Part shown: positions 63,671 through 64,000 of the stretch, one piece after another
How the letters are laid out: each line of letters starts with the position of its first letter
Position numbering within the stretch: position 1 is the first letter of the stretch
NCBI GenBank assembly: GCA_964016885.1
Contig: OZ024749.1
Coordinates: 21,576,001-21,640,000, forward strand
Source of the DNA: Eledone cirrhosa
Lineage: Eukaryota
Direction of reading: 5' to 3'
Length of the DNA: 64,000 nt
Notes under the pieces: model-generated
Databases searched by the model: none
Told to the model about the DNA's origin: nothing
The model's input: the letters and a program-made list of their open reading frames with translations, nothing else
Made by a program: the position numbers and the translations under genes

Positions 63671-64000
63671 GGTTAGTGTTAGGGTTAGGGTTAGGCTTAG
63701 GGTTAGGGTTAGGTTTAGGGTTAGGATTAGTGTTAGTGTTACGGTTAGAGTTAGGGTTAGGGCTTGGGTTTAGCGTTAGGTTTTAGGGTGAGGGTTAGGG
63801 TTAGGGTTTAGAGTTAGTGTTAGGGTTAAGGTTAGGGTTAAGGTTAGGGTTATGGTTAGGGTTAGGTTTAGGGTTAATGTTTTTTCATTATTTTGATTTT
63901 TTCATTATTTCAATTTTAAAATTTTTTTCGATTTTTTCCTTTTTTCCTTTTTTGGATTTTCGATTTTTTCGATTTTTTCAATTTTTTAGCGTTAGGTTTA
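59126..64000 (+). repeat. Second copy of the window-start sequence (offset 59125, falling to 58671)
   Basis: Private variants GGTTAACGTTGGGG, GGGTATATGGTTACATTTAGG, GGAGTAGAGGTAAG, GGGCTAGTAGTATGGG and TAGGTAAGTGTTAGG are shared. ORF offsets 242/59367, 1856/60527, 2776/61447, 3255/61926. Confidence 0.92.

Larger units (their letters stand above)
1..64000 (+). repeat. Complex telomere-repeat-derived satellite: degenerate (TTAGGG)n spacers alternating with T-rich islands
   Basis: TTAGGG and single-substitution or 7-mer variants fill all sequence between islands from first to last base. The G-rich strand is always +. No unique sequence seen. Confidence 0.98.

Noticed and set aside
689-64000. 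CRISPR-like repeat-spacer array
   Set aside because: There are no unique spacers, no constant-length repeat and no cas genes. Both components are repetitive.
1-64000. Canonical telomerase-maintained terminal telomere
   Set aside because: Heavy degeneracy with inherited variant patterns and islands. The longest clean tract is 270 bp and internal.
1-64000. Head-to-head telomere fusion site
   Set aside because: No switch to CCCTAA anywhere in the window.
59126-64000. Circular-contig end overlap
   Set aside because: The copies differ by a ~430 bp indel, smaller indels and segment order, so this is not a simple overlap. A haplotype mis-join is still not excluded.
1-64000. Taxonomic assignment
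   Set aside because: TTAGGG is shared by animals, fungi, many protists and some plants and algae. Nothing here is diagnostic.

Overview
The whole 64 kb window is one non-coding, single-orientation satellite array. It is built from degenerate telomeric repeats (TTAGGG, plus TTAGTG, TTAGGT, TTAGCG, TTATGG, TTAGAG and 7-nt TTTAGGG variants). Every ~0.15-1.3 kb these are interrupted by 45-265 bp T-rich islands made of 8-9 nt units (TTTTTTCGA / TTTTTTCA / TTTTTTCAA). The islands fall into about six recurring types, each with fixed flanks. Islands and spacers are amplified as nested higher-order repeats (HORs) with periods of about 1.07, 1.5, 1.6, 4.9 and 5.6 kb, and the window start recurs about 59 kb later. 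I found no credible gene, RNA gene, CRISPR array or mobile element; all listed ORFs are translations of the repeats. The source is almost certainly eukaryotic, but the organism and chromosomal position (subtelomeric, interstitial or centromeric) cannot be determined from this window. Periods were read from offsets of matching ORF starts and private sequence variants, not from a computed alignment, so boundaries are approximate.
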